From positions 128,001 to 192,000 of the IMG/VR virus record IMGVR_UViG_3300046786_000304: a stretch of 64,000 nucleotides of DNA. One strand, written 5' to 3'. Each line of letters starts with the position of its first letter. The stretch's first letter is position 1. Below are positions 18,197 through 28,901 of the stretch, piece by piece. Source of the DNA: a virus. Taxonomy: Duplodnaviria > Caudoviricetes. Position numbers and translations under genes: made by a program. The notes under the pieces are model-generated. The model was not told the DNA's origin. It saw only the letters and a list, made by a program, of their open reading frames with translations, and made no database searches.

Positions 18197-20593
18197 ATGG
18201 CTACTTTAGTATCCCCAGGTGTAGCAGTTAGCGTTACAGACGAAAGCCAATATGGCGGTGCCGGACAAGGCACAGTACCGTTAATTATTTTAGCTACAGA
18301 AACAAACAAATCAAATGTCAGTGCTTCTGGTTATGCAGAAGGCACTATTCCAGCAAATGCCGCAAAACCTTATCTATTAACTAGTCAACGAGAGTTAGTA
18401 GAACTATTTGGTCGTCCACAATTTATGGTTGTAGATGGCACGCCAATACACGGCGCAGAAACAAACGAATATGGTTTATTGGCAGCATATAGTTATTTAG
18501 GTCTTGCCAACAGAGCGTATGTTCTTCGTGCTGACATCGACTTAGCACAGTTAGAACCAACTACAGTTGAACCTGCCGGTGCTCCATCAAATGGAACATA
18601 CTGGTTTGATTTAACATCAACATCACTAGGCTTATTTGAAGCAACATCAACAGGTACAAGTAATTGGGAAGCAAAATCCCCTATAATAATCACTAACCCT
18701 GCTGATACTGTTAATGGAACAGGTTTAGTTCCTGATAGTTCTATCGGTGAAACAGGCGATTATGCTTTGGTTGCTACTAGCGTGGTTTCTAGTTATCAAT
18801 TTTATAAAAAATTAAGTAATGGTACTTGGATAATTTGTACTAATTCGGCATTAAGCAAAACAGTATTTGCTAGCCCGCATTATACAATTCCTACGGCAAC
18901 AGCATCTGGAGACTTATGGATTAAAACATCAACTCCAAACAATGGTTTAAAAGTTATTGTTAAGAAATATGTTTCAAGTAACTTACCTGCTAAGAGCCCA
19001 TGGGTAACACAAAATGTTCCTAGCTATGCCAACGACGCTGATGCTAATGCTGGTTTTGGCTCATCATTAGTAGCTGGAAAAATTTACGCAAGAGTATTAC
19101 CTGGCACAGCAAATATTTTATTAAAAGAATACGACGGATCTAATTGGACTTCTTTAAATGAATTGGCAGGTATCGAAGCACCACGTGGCGCAACGGCTGA
19201 TGGTACATTATGGTATAATACTGATTTATTGGCTGATTTATATATCAAAGCTAATGGCCAATGGGAACCATTAGATTCAAATATTACAATTGATTCTAAC
19301 TCTCCACAAAGTCCAACAGCAGGTGACGTTTGGATCGATAGTAGTGACGTAGAAAATTATCCTATGATATACCAATATGATGGCGTGTCATGGACTGCTC
19401 GAGACATCACTGATCAGACAACTCCAAATGGTGTAATATTTGCAGATTTAACAACCACAGCATACGATACAAGTAATAATGGCGGCGCAACTCCAGTTGA
19501 TGAAGAAGCACCAGATCCAGCATTACATCCAAACGGTATCTTGTTATGGAACAGTATTGTATCTACAGGTAACGTTAAACGTTATGATGCCGCAACAGGT
19601 GTGTGGAATACATACAGTGGTAACATGTCCGACGGACGTCCATTTATGTTGCGTAAAGCACAACGTCAATCAGTTGTTAAGGCAATGCAAGCGGCTGTAA
19701 ATTCAAATACACAGATCCGTGAAGAGACAACTTTCTTTACATTGATTGCGGCTCCTGGATACCCTGAACTATTAGATGAAATGGTATCATTAAACACAGA
19801 CCGTAAAGAAACAGCTTTCATTATTGTTGACACTCCATTCAGATTACGTCCACTAGGACAAGAATTGATTAATTGGATGACTGGCAATAATGCAACAGTT
19901 AACGGCGAAGCAGGCATTATTACTTCAACTAACACAGCGGCAGCTTACTATCCAAGCGGTATTACCAGCGACCTAAGTGGCAACGATGTTGTTGTTCCTC
20001 CAAGTCACATTGTATTACGTACAATCGCTTATAACGACCAAGTTGCTTATCCTTGGTTTGCTCCAGCTGGTTTAACACGCGGTGTTGTTACAAACGCAAC
20101 TAACGTTGGTTATATTAACAGCGAAGGCGAGTTTGTTCCAGTAGCATTAACAAATGGTCAACGTGATACATTATATGGTGACGGTAGTAGAGTTGGTATT
20201 AACCCAATCGCACGTTTCCCAGGACAAGGTTTGTATGTGTTCGGCCAACGTACACTACAAAGCTTTGCCAGCGCATTGGATCGTGTAAACGTTGCTCGTT
20301 TAATTGCTTACTTACGTGAGCGTTTTGATCCTTTAGCAAGACCGTTCATCTTTGAACCTAATGATAGAATTACTCGTGCTAATGCTAAACAAGTATTCGA
20401 TGGCTTCTTGTCAGACTTACTTGGCAAACGAGCAATTTATGATTACATTGTTGTTTGTGACGAAACAAACAATACACCTGCCAAGATTGACAGAAACGAA
20501 TTGTATATCGACGTAGCAATTGAGCCAGTTAAAGCGGCTGAATTTATCTACATTCCGATTCGTGTAGTCAACACCGGCGAGTTATCAGCCTGA
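18197..20593 (+). CDS. gp18: Tail sheath protein
   Basis: MATLVSPGVAVSVTDES; YPWFAPAG..RG; INPI..FPGQG..VFGQRT; LDRVNVARL; FIFEPND; AAEFIYIP. Confidence 0.95.
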   Translation: MATLVSPGVAVSVTDESQYGGAGQGTVPLIILATETNKSNVSASGYAEGTIPANAAKPYLLTSQRELVELFGRPQFMVVDGTPIHGAETNEYGLLAAYSYLGLANRAYVLRADIDLAQLEPTTVEPAGAPSNGTYWFDLTSTSLGLFEATSTGTSNWEAKSPIIITNPADTVNGTGLVPDSSIGETGDYALVATSVVSSYQFYKKLSNGTWIICTNSALSKTVFASPHYTIPTATASGDLWIKTSTPNNGLKVIVKKYVSSNLPAKSPWVTQNVPSYANDADANAGFGSSLVAGKIYARVLPGTANILLKEYDGSNWTSLNELAGIEAPRGATADGTLWYNTDLLADLYIKANGQWEPLDSNITIDSNSPQSPTAGDVWIDSSDVENYPMIYQYDGVSWTARDITDQTTPNGVIFADLTTTAYDTSNNGGATPVDEEAPDPALHPNGILLWNSIVSTGNVKRYDAATGVWNTYSGNMSDGRPFMLRKAQRQSVVKAMQAAVNSNTQIREETTFFTLIAAPGYPELLDEMVSLNTDRKETAFIIVDTPFRLRPLGQELINWMTGNNATVNGEAGIITSTNTAAAYYPSGITSDLSGNDVVVPPSHIVLRTIAYNDQVAYPWFAPAGLTRGVVTNATNVGYINSEGEFVPVALTNGQRDTLYGDGSRVGINPIARFPGQGLYVFGQRTLQSFASALDRVNVARLIAYLRERFDPLARPFIFEPNDRITRANAKQVFDGFLSDLLGKRAIYDYIVVCDETNNTPAKIDRNELYIDVAIEPVKAAEFIYIPIRVVNTGELSA

Positions 20594-20621
20594 TAAATAA
20601 CATAGCCGAAGGAGAAAACAC

Positions 20622-21242
20622 ATGGCAGATTTAACAAAATTTGGAGTTCCAACAGCAGGCCTAGGCGGTGATAACGCTATGGTCATGCCGAAACTTCAAT
20701 ATCGATTCAGAGTTGTTGCTTACAACTTTGGCCGTGAAGGCGGCAGTACAGTTGCACTTACACAAAACGTTGTAAGTGTAACAAGACCAAGTCTAACACA
20801 CGACGAAATTACATTAGACGCATATAACAGCAGAGCATATCTTGCTGGCAAACATACATGGGAACCAGTTACATTAACATTACGTGATGATATTAACGGT
20901 ACAGTAACTAAACACGTTGCTAGTCAGTTACAAAAACAACTTAACCAAGGACAGCAAAGTGCTCCGGCAGCTGGTCGTGATTATAAGTTCGGTCTTGTAA
21001 TTGAACAGCTAGATGGAAGTCAACCTGGTGTAGTAATTGAGACATGGAGCATGAACGGATGCTTTATTCAAAATGCTAACTATGGCGAAAACAACTACGC
21101 AACTAGTGATGTAATGACTATCACATTACAAATTCGCTTTGATGCCGCTGATATACATGATACACAAGTCGAGTCCGCTACAACTTCAGGCGGCTTAACT
21201 AATGGTACAATGGCTATCGGAGCTGGTAACAGCGCAATTTAA
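20622..21242 (+). CDS. gp19: Tail tube protein
   Basis: Follows the sheath gene; PKLQYRFRV, YLAGKHTWEP.T.TLRDD, I.LQIRFD. Confidence 0.85.
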   Translation: MADLTKFGVPTAGLGGDNAMVMPKLQYRFRVVAYNFGREGGSTVALTQNVVSVTRPSLTHDEITLDAYNSRAYLAGKHTWEPVTLTLRDDINGTVTKHVASQLQKQLNQGQQSAPAAGRDYKFGLVIEQLDGSQPGVVIETWSMNGCFIQNANYGENNYATSDVMTITLQIRFDAADIHDTQVESATTSGGLTNGTMAIGAGNSAI

Positions 21243-21251
21243 GGATAGTAA

Positions 21252-22118
21252 ATGGCGGCATTAACTGACGCTATGAACTGGTATAACTTACGCGGGCAGA
21301 AAGCGGCCCGCGCTAAGTACCATTTTAAAGTAGAATTCTTCAGCAGTCAATATCAAGCACCTACGGCTACAGCGCCTGCGTTGCAAGGTCCAGCACGATT
21401 AATATTTGATTGCATTAGATCTGTTGAATTGCCAAAGTATAGCGTAGAAACTGAAGTTATTAATTCATGGAATATTAGACATCATGTTCCTACTAGAATA
21501 AATTTTGAACCTATTAGTATTTCTTTTACAGATACATTGGATAACAGGTTTATGAATTTTATTAAGGCATATATGGGAGTTATCAGTAATAGTTTTCAGC
21601 CAGCTAAAGAAAGTTTCCGTACTGGCTTTGGTGATAATCCTTTTGGTATTAAAAGATTAGACACAGGAAAAGACGCACCTATAGATAAAATTGAGATAAC
21701 ACAATTTTACGGATCCGATAACAAAAGAACAATAACATTGTGGCGTCCAAAAATTGTCGATGTACAACACGATACATTAGATTATAGTACTAGCGAAGCA
21801 GTTACTTGGCAAATTGGATTTAGATATGAAAGCGTAACTTATAGCGACGGTAAAGCAACAGAAGCGCAAAAGTCAGAAAAAACACAACAACAAACAGCAA
21901 GTAATCCAAATGCCGCGGCATTCATAAAGCAAGCGCAAGATCAAGTTGCACTAAATCAAAAAATAGCACAAGATCAGATTAAAGCGGCAGAATCGGCAGT
22001 TAATTTACCGGCAGCATCATTAAATGGAATGTCTTTTAAAGAAGCAAGTGCTATTGCTAATGCAAGGGCAAACAATGCCATTGGCGGTATAGACCGAGGA
22101 ACTAGAGGCGGAGTATAA
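21252..22118 (+). CDS. Tube-like baseplate / tube-initiator protein (gp48/gp54-like)
   Basis: Tube-fold motifs (SVELPKYSVETE, F.PISISFTD, V.DVQHDTLDYS.SE.V.W.I.FRYE). Confidence 0.6.
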   Translation: MAALTDAMNWYNLRGQKAARAKYHFKVEFFSSQYQAPTATAPALQGPARLIFDCIRSVELPKYSVETEVINSWNIRHHVPTRINFEPISISFTDTLDNRFMNFIKAYMGVISNSFQPAKESFRTGFGDNPFGIKRLDTGKDAPIDKIEITQFYGSDNKRTITLWRPKIVDVQHDTLDYSTSEAVTWQIGFRYESVTYSDGKATEAQKSEKTQQQTASNPNAAAFIKQAQDQVALNQKIAQDQIKAAESAVNLPAASLNGMSFKEASAIANARANNAIGGIDRGTRGGV

Positions 22119-22396
22119 TGGCATTAGAAACTAACAAATACGATATAATCTATGGTAGATTATTACATTTAAATTTTACACCAACACATGCTAAAGGTTT
22201 AGCAAAGGTATTGTATGATGTAACAGAACATTATGGCTTTAGTGTAAACCATGTATTACAATATGTAGATAGTAATGGAATTAGATTTGACAATGAAATA
22301 TATTCAGCATTAAACAATGCCAGAACAAATAGTAGTCAAATTGGTTATATAGATAAAGAATACATTCCGCCAGCGATATTACAGCAGGTGGTTTAA
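22118..22396 (+). CDS. Hypothetical protein
   Basis: Translationally coupled ORF. Confidence 0.6.
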   Translation: MALETNKYDIIYGRLLHLNFTPTHAKGLAKVLYDVTEHYGFSVNHVLQYVDSNGIRFDNEIYSALNNARTNSSQIGYIDKEYIPPAILQQVV

Positions 22397-22866
22397 TGGC
22401 TAGTAATTATAGTCAAGGTTATTTTGCTCCGGAAAATCCATCCAAGTATATAGGCAGCAACCGTCCCAAATATAGAAGCGGCTGGGAACTAACAGTAATG
22501 CGATTTTGCGATAATCACCCCGCAGTTATAGCGTGGGCCAGCGAAAGTTTGCGTGTACCTTATCGCAATCCTTTTACAGGCAAAGAAACATTTTATGTTC
22601 CTGACTTTCTTATAACGTATCAAGATAAAAATGGTAATAAAATCAGTGAAGTCATCGAAGTAAAACCTCGCGGCCAAGCAGTATTAGAACTAGCAAAAAC
22701 ACAGCAAGAAAAAGCCGCAGTTATATTGAACATGGCGAAGTGGGAAGCATGTAAAGCGTGGTGCCAACGGCACGGAATGAAGTTTAGAATACTCACTGAA
22801 GAAGATATATACAATAACTGGGGTGCAAAAAGCAAACCTAAAACAACAAGAGCAAGAAGAAGATGA
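22396..22866 (+). CDS. gp4: Head completion protein / TnsA-like endonuclease (T4 gp4-like)
   Basis: P.NPSKY.G, YRSGWE..VM.FCD, WASE, YVPDF, IEVKP, KWEA. Confidence 0.85.
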   Translation: MASNYSQGYFAPENPSKYIGSNRPKYRSGWELTVMRFCDNHPAVIAWASESLRVPYRNPFTGKETFYVPDFLITYQDKNGNKISEVIEVKPRGQAVLELAKTQQEKAAVILNMAKWEACKAWCQRHGMKFRILTEEDIYNNWGAKSKPKTTRARRR

Positions 22867-23372
22867 CCAAAAAATTAGAAGAATTTTTTAATTTGGATCC
22901 AGCAGAGCCAGATCGCAACGACAGCGTAACTGAAGATCAGCAGTTATTACCTGTTGCCGAAATAGTGCCGATGTCAGACGCATTAACTAAAATCAAAGAT
23001 CAACTTAGTGTTGCTGCCAAAATAGATGAAGCATTGCCGCAGGTTAAAGGGTTAGAAACAGAAGATCATGCCCTAGACGATTATGCTAATCAAGCTATGG
23101 AGCAGTTTTCTAGATTAATGGATTTGGGTTTTAATGTCGATGACAGAAACGCTGGTAAAATATTTGAAGTCGCTAGTACTATGATGAATAATGCTATTAC
23201 AGCAAAAACAACTAAGCTAGATAAAAAGCTCAAAATGATTGAGTTACAGTTAAAGTTAGCAAGATTACAAAAAGATTTAGGCAAGGACGAAGCAGAAGAC
23301 AAACCCACTGAACTTAGCACAGACCGCAATGCTATCCTTAACTTGATTAATCAGAACTTAAAGAACAAATGA
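22863..23372 (+). CDS. Probable terminase small subunit (gp16-like)
   Basis: Helical core ..MDLGFNVDDRNAGKIFEVA..M...AI.AK plus coiled coil; upstream of gp17. Confidence 0.5.
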   Translation: MTKKLEEFFNLDPAEPDRNDSVTEDQQLLPVAEIVPMSDALTKIKDQLSVAAKIDEALPQVKGLETEDHALDDYANQAMEQFSRLMDLGFNVDDRNAGKIFEVASTMMNNAITAKTTKLDKKLKMIELQLKLARLQKDLGKDEAEDKPTELSTDRNAILNLINQNLKNK

Positions 23373-23400
23373 ATTGATAAATAATGTATCGGAGATTAAA

Positions 23401-24045
23401 ATGAAGACTCTATTAGAATACATAGAAACATTACAGCAAAAACACGATGTTCGCATTAAACTAGCCTGCGAATGTGGTGATGAAATTTGCGACAAAATTG
23501 AAAAGCATCTAGAAAAGTATGATGCTGAAAAAATTACTCGCCCTAGCAAGACTATATTGATGAGTCGTCCTTTAGACTTTCCTAACTTGGATATGGCAGA
23601 AGTTTATATCATTGACTTTACTGCTAAATTACCAGTTAGTCCAGAAATGCTAAAACAAGAATTAGCAAGACTATTGAATATTAACGAAGGACTTATTGTT
23701 GTTCGTATGGCCAATGAGCCACGTGAAGAAGAAGCACAGCACGACGAAGAAGCAGAAAAGTTCAAAGTCAAAGATGAAGAATACAAAGCTAAGGTAGGCG
23801 CTGACTACGACAAGAGTGAAAAGTCTGATGTTAAAGCAGATGAACTTTATGGCGACAAGTACAATACTAAGTTCTTAAAAGAATTAAAAAAATTAAGCGA
23901 CGAACGCAAAAAAGAAATTAAAGCACCTAAGGTTATCAAGGATCCTGATGTTCCTGTTAGTGAGCCTGAAATTGGTGATAGCAAAGCGACTAATAAAAAG
24001 AGTCCAGTGCGAACATTTACAGCCCCAGCGGGTAAAGGAAAATAA
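23401..24045 (+). CDS. Hypothetical protein (possible head protein)
   Basis: GGAG SD before MKTLLEYIE; TAAATA upstream; start revised from 23374. Confidence 0.6.
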   Translation: MKTLLEYIETLQQKHDVRIKLACECGDEICDKIEKHLEKYDAEKITRPSKTILMSRPLDFPNLDMAEVYIIDFTAKLPVSPEMLKQELARLLNINEGLIVVRMANEPREEEAQHDEEAEKFKVKDEEYKAKVGADYDKSEKSDVKADELYGDKYNTKFLKELKKLSDERKKEIKAPKVIKDPDVPVSEPEIGDSKATNKKSPVRTFTAPAGKGK

Positions 24046-24047
24046 TC

Positions 24048-24920
24048 ATGGATTTATCAAGACTAATGAGCAGACTAGCCGCAATTGGTGGCATGCAAGG
24101 TGCTGTTACTGAAGCAGAAGAAGAAAAATGTTCTGAGTGTGGCAAAGTTCACGAAGGTGATTGCGACGCAGAAAAAGTAGAAGAAGGCAAAAAGCCAGAT
24201 TTCATTGATGCAGACAATGATGGTAATGAAAAAGAACCTATGTCGGATGCACTTAAAGACAAAGAAGAAAAAGTTGATGAAGGCAAAAAGCCAGACTTTA
24301 TAGATGCAGACAATGATGGTAATAAAAAAGAACCTATGTCTGATGCACTTAAGGACAAAGAAAAAGTAGAAGAAACTTCTTTAGATTCATTGCGTAAGCT
24401 TGCTGGTATTATGGAATGTGGTGACGAATATGAAATGGGCGGCGAAATGAGTCCTATGTCAGTTACAGCCACTGAAGTTCCAGGAATGGGTGTACCTGCT
24501 CAAGTAGCAAATATGGTCGCAGGTGCTGAAGGCGAATCTAGTCCAAAAGCAAAATATACATTAAGTATTCAAAATGGCGAAAACAATTTACAAATGACAA
24601 CAGACGTGCCTGATGAAATTATTCACATTATGAAGCTAGCTGGTGTTAACAAAGGTGCTGAAGTAACTAAGACCGAAGCTCCGGGCGAAGAACAAAACGA
24701 AGCTCCTAAAAAAGAAGTAGAAGAAGAATGGAGCAATACTCCTAGTCAAACTAAAGAACGCGAACCAAAAGCTTATGGCGACATTCGTGATTGGGGTCAA
24801 AAAGGCACAGGTCAAGGCAAGCCAGGTAGTGGCACAAATAGACCAGCTGGTCAAGGTGACAATCCATTAGGCGAACAAGCAATGATGGAAGCTTACAAAA
24901 AATTTAAAGCGAGCAAATGA
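24048..24920 (+). CDS. Acidic low-complexity protein (possible scaffold or internal head protein)
   Basis: E/K/D-rich; LRKLAG motifs; 32-aa tandem duplication. Confidence 0.6.
   Translation: MDLSRLMSRLAAIGGMQGAVTEAEEEKCSECGKVHEGDCDAEKVEEGKKPDFIDADNDGNEKEPMSDALKDKEEKVDEGKKPDFIDADNDGNKKEPMSDALKDKEKVEETSLDSLRKLAGIMECGDEYEMGGEMSPMSVTATEVPGMGVPAQVANMVAGAEGESSPKAKYTLSIQNGENNLQMTTDVPDEIIHIMKLAGVNKGAEVTKTEAPGEEQNEAPKKEVEEEWSNTPSQTKEREPKAYGDIRDWGQKGTGQGKPGSGTNRPAGQGDNPLGEQAMMEAYKKFKASK
24171..24374 (+). repeat. 96-bp-period tandem duplication encoding KPDFIDADNDGN
   Basis: gaaggcaaaaagccaga at 24183 and 24279. Confidence 0.9.
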
Positions 24921-26452
24921 GCGGCACTCCGGTTTTAGTTAAACAAGCCTATAAAAAAGAAAATTACACAGAGAATCAGATAACAGAGATTGTAAAATCT
25001 GCTACTGATCCTGTGTATTTTATTCAAGAGTACATGTGGGTACAGCACCCAACTAAAGGCCGTGTTAGATTTCATTTATACGATTACCAAGTTGATTTAA
25101 TTAAATGTTACCACGAAAATCGTTATAGCATTAATATGCTTGGACGACAAATGGGTAAGTCAACTTGCGCCGCTGGTTACTTGTTATGGTACGCAATGTT
25201 TGTTCCAGACAGTACTATTCTTATTGCCGCACACAAATACACAGGTTCGCAAGAGATTATGCAACGTGTGCGTTTCATGTATGAGAACTTACCTGAATGG
25301 ATTAAAGCTGGCGCAACAAGTTATAACAAAGGTAGCATTGACTTTGATAACGGTAGTCGTATCGTCAGTGCTACAACAACAGAAAATACTGGTCGTGGTA
25401 TGTCTATTACACTAGTATACTTGGACGAGTTTGCTTTCGTCCCGCCACGTATTGCCAAAGAGTTCTGGACAGCACTAAGCCCGACACTGGCAACAGGTGG
25501 TAAGTGTATTATCACATCAACCCCTAACCAAGACAATGACCAATTCGCACAGATTTGGAACGAAGCAAATAAAAAGACAGATGCATTTGGTAATCCAAGT
25601 AACGTAGGTAAGAATGGCTTTGCTAGTATATCTTATATATGGAGTGACCACCCCGACAGAGACGAGTCTTGGGGCGATACTGAACGTAGTAAAATTGGTG
25701 AAGAACGTTTTTTACGTGAACATGAATGTGTATTCATTACAGCAGATGAAACATTAGTTAGCAGTATGATGTTGACTAATATGTCTGGTATAGATCCTAT
25801 TAACAAAATTGGCCAGATTAGAGTATATGACCGTATCATGACAGACAACATGTATGTTGTTGCTTGGGATCCAAGTTTGGGTACAGGCAGTGACCCTGCG
25901 GCCATTGAAATTTTTAGATTGCCGGATCTTGTACAAGTAGCCGAATGGCAACATAACAAAACAGACGTGCGTGGCCAGTTGCGTATGCTTATAACTATCT
26001 TAGAATATCTACGAGAAAATGGTGTTGCCAATGACCAAATTTATTGGAGTGTAGAAAACAATACACTAGGAGAAGCCGCATTAGTTGCTATCACTGAATA
26101 CGGCGAAGAACGCATACCTGGCTATTTTATCAGTGAGCCAGGCGGCAAACGTCGTGGCTTTAACACAACAAATAAGAGCAAGATTGCCGCTTGTACCAAA
26201 TTAAAGTATTATATCGAAAGCGGCAAAATGACGCCAAAGAGTAAGAACTTAATACAAGAACTAAAAACCTTTGTTGCCCATGGCGCCAGCTTTGCTGCCA
26301 AGGAAGGCGAAACGGATGATTTGGTTATGGGTACAATTCTGGCAGTTAGGCTCATTGAACACTTGATGAAGTACGACGAACAAACATATAACAAGCTAGT
26401 AGAGCGTGGCAGTGGTGATTTTGTTGCTCCGATGCCAATTGGCATAATTTAA
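24917..26452 (+). CDS. gp17: Terminase large subunit
   Basis: HPTKG..F.LYDYQ, GRQMGKST, GRGMS, YLDEFAF, ITSTPN, AWDPSLGTGSD, ETDDLVM. Confidence 0.95.
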   Translation: MSGTPVLVKQAYKKENYTENQITEIVKSATDPVYFIQEYMWVQHPTKGRVRFHLYDYQVDLIKCYHENRYSINMLGRQMGKSTCAAGYLLWYAMFVPDSTILIAAHKYTGSQEIMQRVRFMYENLPEWIKAGATSYNKGSIDFDNGSRIVSATTTENTGRGMSITLVYLDEFAFVPPRIAKEFWTALSPTLATGGKCIITSTPNQDNDQFAQIWNEANKKTDAFGNPSNVGKNGFASISYIWSDHPDRDESWGDTERSKIGEERFLREHECVFITADETLVSSMMLTNMSGIDPINKIGQIRVYDRIMTDNMYVVAWDPSLGTGSDPAAIEIFRLPDLVQVAEWQHNKTDVRGQLRMLITILEYLRENGVANDQIYWSVENNTLGEAALVAITEYGEERIPGYFISEPGGKRRGFNTTNKSKIAACTKLKYYIESGKMTPKSKNLIQELKTFVAHGASFAAKEGETDDLVMGTILAVRLIEHLMKYDEQTYNKLVERGSGDFVAPMPIGII

Positions 26453-26473
26453 TTAAAATAGGTAAATATATAC

Positions 26474-27736
26474 ATGGCGATTGATTATAATACTGTAGCT
26501 GATAGAATATTTGACCAACTCAAAGGGTTTGGTTATAGTATCACAATGAACGATAAAAGTGGCAAAGCAACAGCTAACGCTAAAAAAGCTAGATACTTTT
26601 ATAGCACTGATGAAAAATTCACAGTTGTTATCGATGAAGAAGATCGTGTAATTAAAATCAAATACGGCGATAATACAGATCGTGAAAGATTAAACAAATT
26701 AGAAAATACCATACGCAATGGTATTGCGAAAAAATTCGTAGTAGGCGTAGATCTTATGCCTTATACAGGTAAAGATATTGAACCAAAGGATGTAGAGAAT
26801 ATGGCAAAAGTCCAAGAAAGTTTAAGCCCAGTACAAGGGTCAATGAAAACTAGCTATCAACAAACAGATGGCGCAAAACTAATTATTCGTCACAGCAAGC
26901 CTGTTAACGAAGAAGTAATGGGCAGTAGAAGCCGCAACATTAGAGCATTGTTTATTGAGAATGCTCTAGGTGAACGCTTCCGTTATCCACAAATCCATTT
27001 GGCAGGCGCACGTACAATGACACGCCACGTTGCTGAAGGTGGTACACCTTATGATGAAGTTGGACAAAAGATTATTGGACTAAGCGAAGAACGTAGCCAA
27101 CTAATGCAAGTTGCTCGTTACATCAGAAGTCAAGGTTTACAAGAACAAGCCAATGATGTTCAATTCGCAGTTACTGGCCGTTTAAACGAAATTAAAGATT
27201 TATTGGGTCGTTACAACACTGAACGTTTAATGGGTGATGTACACGAACAAGACGAAAATGATCTGGACGCACTAAAAGAAAAACTAACTAAAAACGTATT
27301 TGACGAAACTATTGGCACTATGTTACCAAGACTAAATGGCTACTTAAAAGAATATCAAGCAAAAATGGAAGCAACTCAGGCATTTGATTCATTAAAACAG
27401 CAGGTAGAAGAAAGTTCTACTATTGCGGTTAGTGCGATTCCAGACTTAGATTTTACAAGTATGATTGTTTACGAAAGCCCAACGGTTAATACATCACAGT
27501 TAATTAATTTGGTTCTTCCTGTTTTGGAAGACGACACAATTAAAAACCAATTGACTCGTGTAGCTGAAGGTGTGGCAAAAGGTCACTTGGACCCAATGGC
27601 AGTAGAAAACCTAACTCGCAGTATTATTGGCAAGAGCAGTAAGCAAACAGCAACATTTGAAGATAGCCGTTTTGAAATCGGTGCTATGTTCGAAAGTGCT
27701 TTGAAGAAATACTCACTAGAAGAAATTTTGAAATAA
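26474..27736 (+). CDS. Hypothetical protein
   Basis: TAAATA 5 nt upstream; RSRNIRALFIEN..GERFRYP..HLAGAR. Confidence 0.7.
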   Translation: MAIDYNTVADRIFDQLKGFGYSITMNDKSGKATANAKKARYFYSTDEKFTVVIDEEDRVIKIKYGDNTDRERLNKLENTIRNGIAKKFVVGVDLMPYTGKDIEPKDVENMAKVQESLSPVQGSMKTSYQQTDGAKLIIRHSKPVNEEVMGSRSRNIRALFIENALGERFRYPQIHLAGARTMTRHVAEGGTPYDEVGQKIIGLSEERSQLMQVARYIRSQGLQEQANDVQFAVTGRLNEIKDLLGRYNTERLMGDVHEQDENDLDALKEKLTKNVFDETIGTMLPRLNGYLKEYQAKMEATQAFDSLKQQVEESSTIAVSAIPDLDFTSMIVYESPTVNTSQLINLVLPVLEDDTIKNQLTRVAEGVAKGHLDPMAVENLTRSIIGKSSKQTATFEDSRFEIGAMFESALKKYSLEEILK

Positions 27737-27783
27737 AGACTAAATAAATTCAACAGCAATTCATCCAAAAGGTTAAATTGCTG

Positions 27784-27813
27784 TTGACATAGCAAGCAAT
27801 AGTTTGCTATACT
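27784..27813 (+). promoter_or_regulatory. Sigma70 promoter of gp32
   Basis: TTGACA-18-TATACT; the -35 overlaps the 3' arm of a caacagcaatt/aattgctgttg inverted repeat. Confidence 0.7.
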
Positions 27814-27890
27814 ACGTTCACAAGATGAGAGTATCTTGTGTTCCAGGCAACAAACTTTTTTAAACCCTGGCATTTTATAAGGAAAAAATC

Positions 27891-28901
27891 ATGGCAACAT
27901 TAGCAGAAATCCGTGCTCGTCTACTAGAGCAAGAAAACCGCACAAGCGGCAACAAACAAGGCGGCGGAGGCGATAACGCAATCTTCCCGTTTTGGAATAT
28001 CCCAGAAAACAGTACAGCAGTTCTTCGTTTCCTACCAGACGGTGACGACACTAACACTTTCCCATGGCGCGAACGCCAAATGATTCGTTTGGAATTTGCC
28101 GGCGTTAAAGGCGGCGATGAAAGCAAACGAGTAACTGTTACAGTTCCTTGTATGGAAATGTGGAAAGAAACTTGTCCTATTCACGCAGAGATTCGTCCTT
28201 GGTTCAAAGATAAATCTTTGGAAGACCTAGGTCGTAAATACTGGAAGAAAAAATCTTATATCTTCCAAGGCTTTGTTGTACAAAGCGGCTTGGCAGAAGA
28301 AACATTGCCAGAGAATCCAATCCGTCGATTGATTATCAACCCAAGTATCTTTAACATTGTTAAAGGTGCGTTGATGGATCCGGACATGGAAAGTCTATTC
28401 ACAGACTACGAAAACGGTACAGACTTCCGTTTGACAAAGACAACAAAAGGTCAATACGCAGACTATAGCACAAGTAGTTTTGCTCGTAAAGAACGTGGCC
28501 TTAACGAAACTGAACTTGAAGCAGTTGCCAAATTTGGTCTTTACAATCTAAATGACTTTATGCCTAAGAAGCCAACTAAAGAAGAAGTTGACGTCATTTA
28601 TGACATGTTCAAAGCCAGCGTAGATGGTGAGTTGTATGACCCACAACGTTGGGGTCAATACTTTAAGCCAGCAGGTGTAAACCTTGGTAACTTGGGTGTA
28701 GCATCAGACGTTGACGCCGCCGAAGCAAGTTTCAAAGCACCAGCTCCGGCAGCTCGTCCAGCACCAGTAGCTAAACCTACTGTAGTGGCAGATGATGAAG
28801 ACGACACTCCTCCTTTTGATGCAGATGAAACACCAGCACCGGAAGGCAAAAAGAATGTCAACGACATTCTTGCGATGATTCGTAATCGTCAACAAAAGTA
28901 A
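27891..28901 (+). CDS. gp32: Single-stranded DNA-binding protein
   Basis: AVLRFLP, CPI, K..KSY, F.DY.NG.DF.L, DYS.SSF, acidic C-terminal tail. Confidence 0.85.
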   Translation: MATLAEIRARLLEQENRTSGNKQGGGGDNAIFPFWNIPENSTAVLRFLPDGDDTNTFPWRERQMIRLEFAGVKGGDESKRVTVTVPCMEMWKETCPIHAEIRPWFKDKSLEDLGRKYWKKKSYIFQGFVVQSGLAEETLPENPIRRLIINPSIFNIVKGALMDPDMESLFTDYENGTDFRLTKTTKGQYADYSTSSFARKERGLNETELEAVAKFGLYNLNDFMPKKPTKEEVDVIYDMFKASVDGELYDPQRWGQYFKPAGVNLGNLGVASDVDAAEASFKAPAPAARPAPVAKPTVVADDEDDTPPFDADETPAPEGKKNVNDILAMIRNRQQK

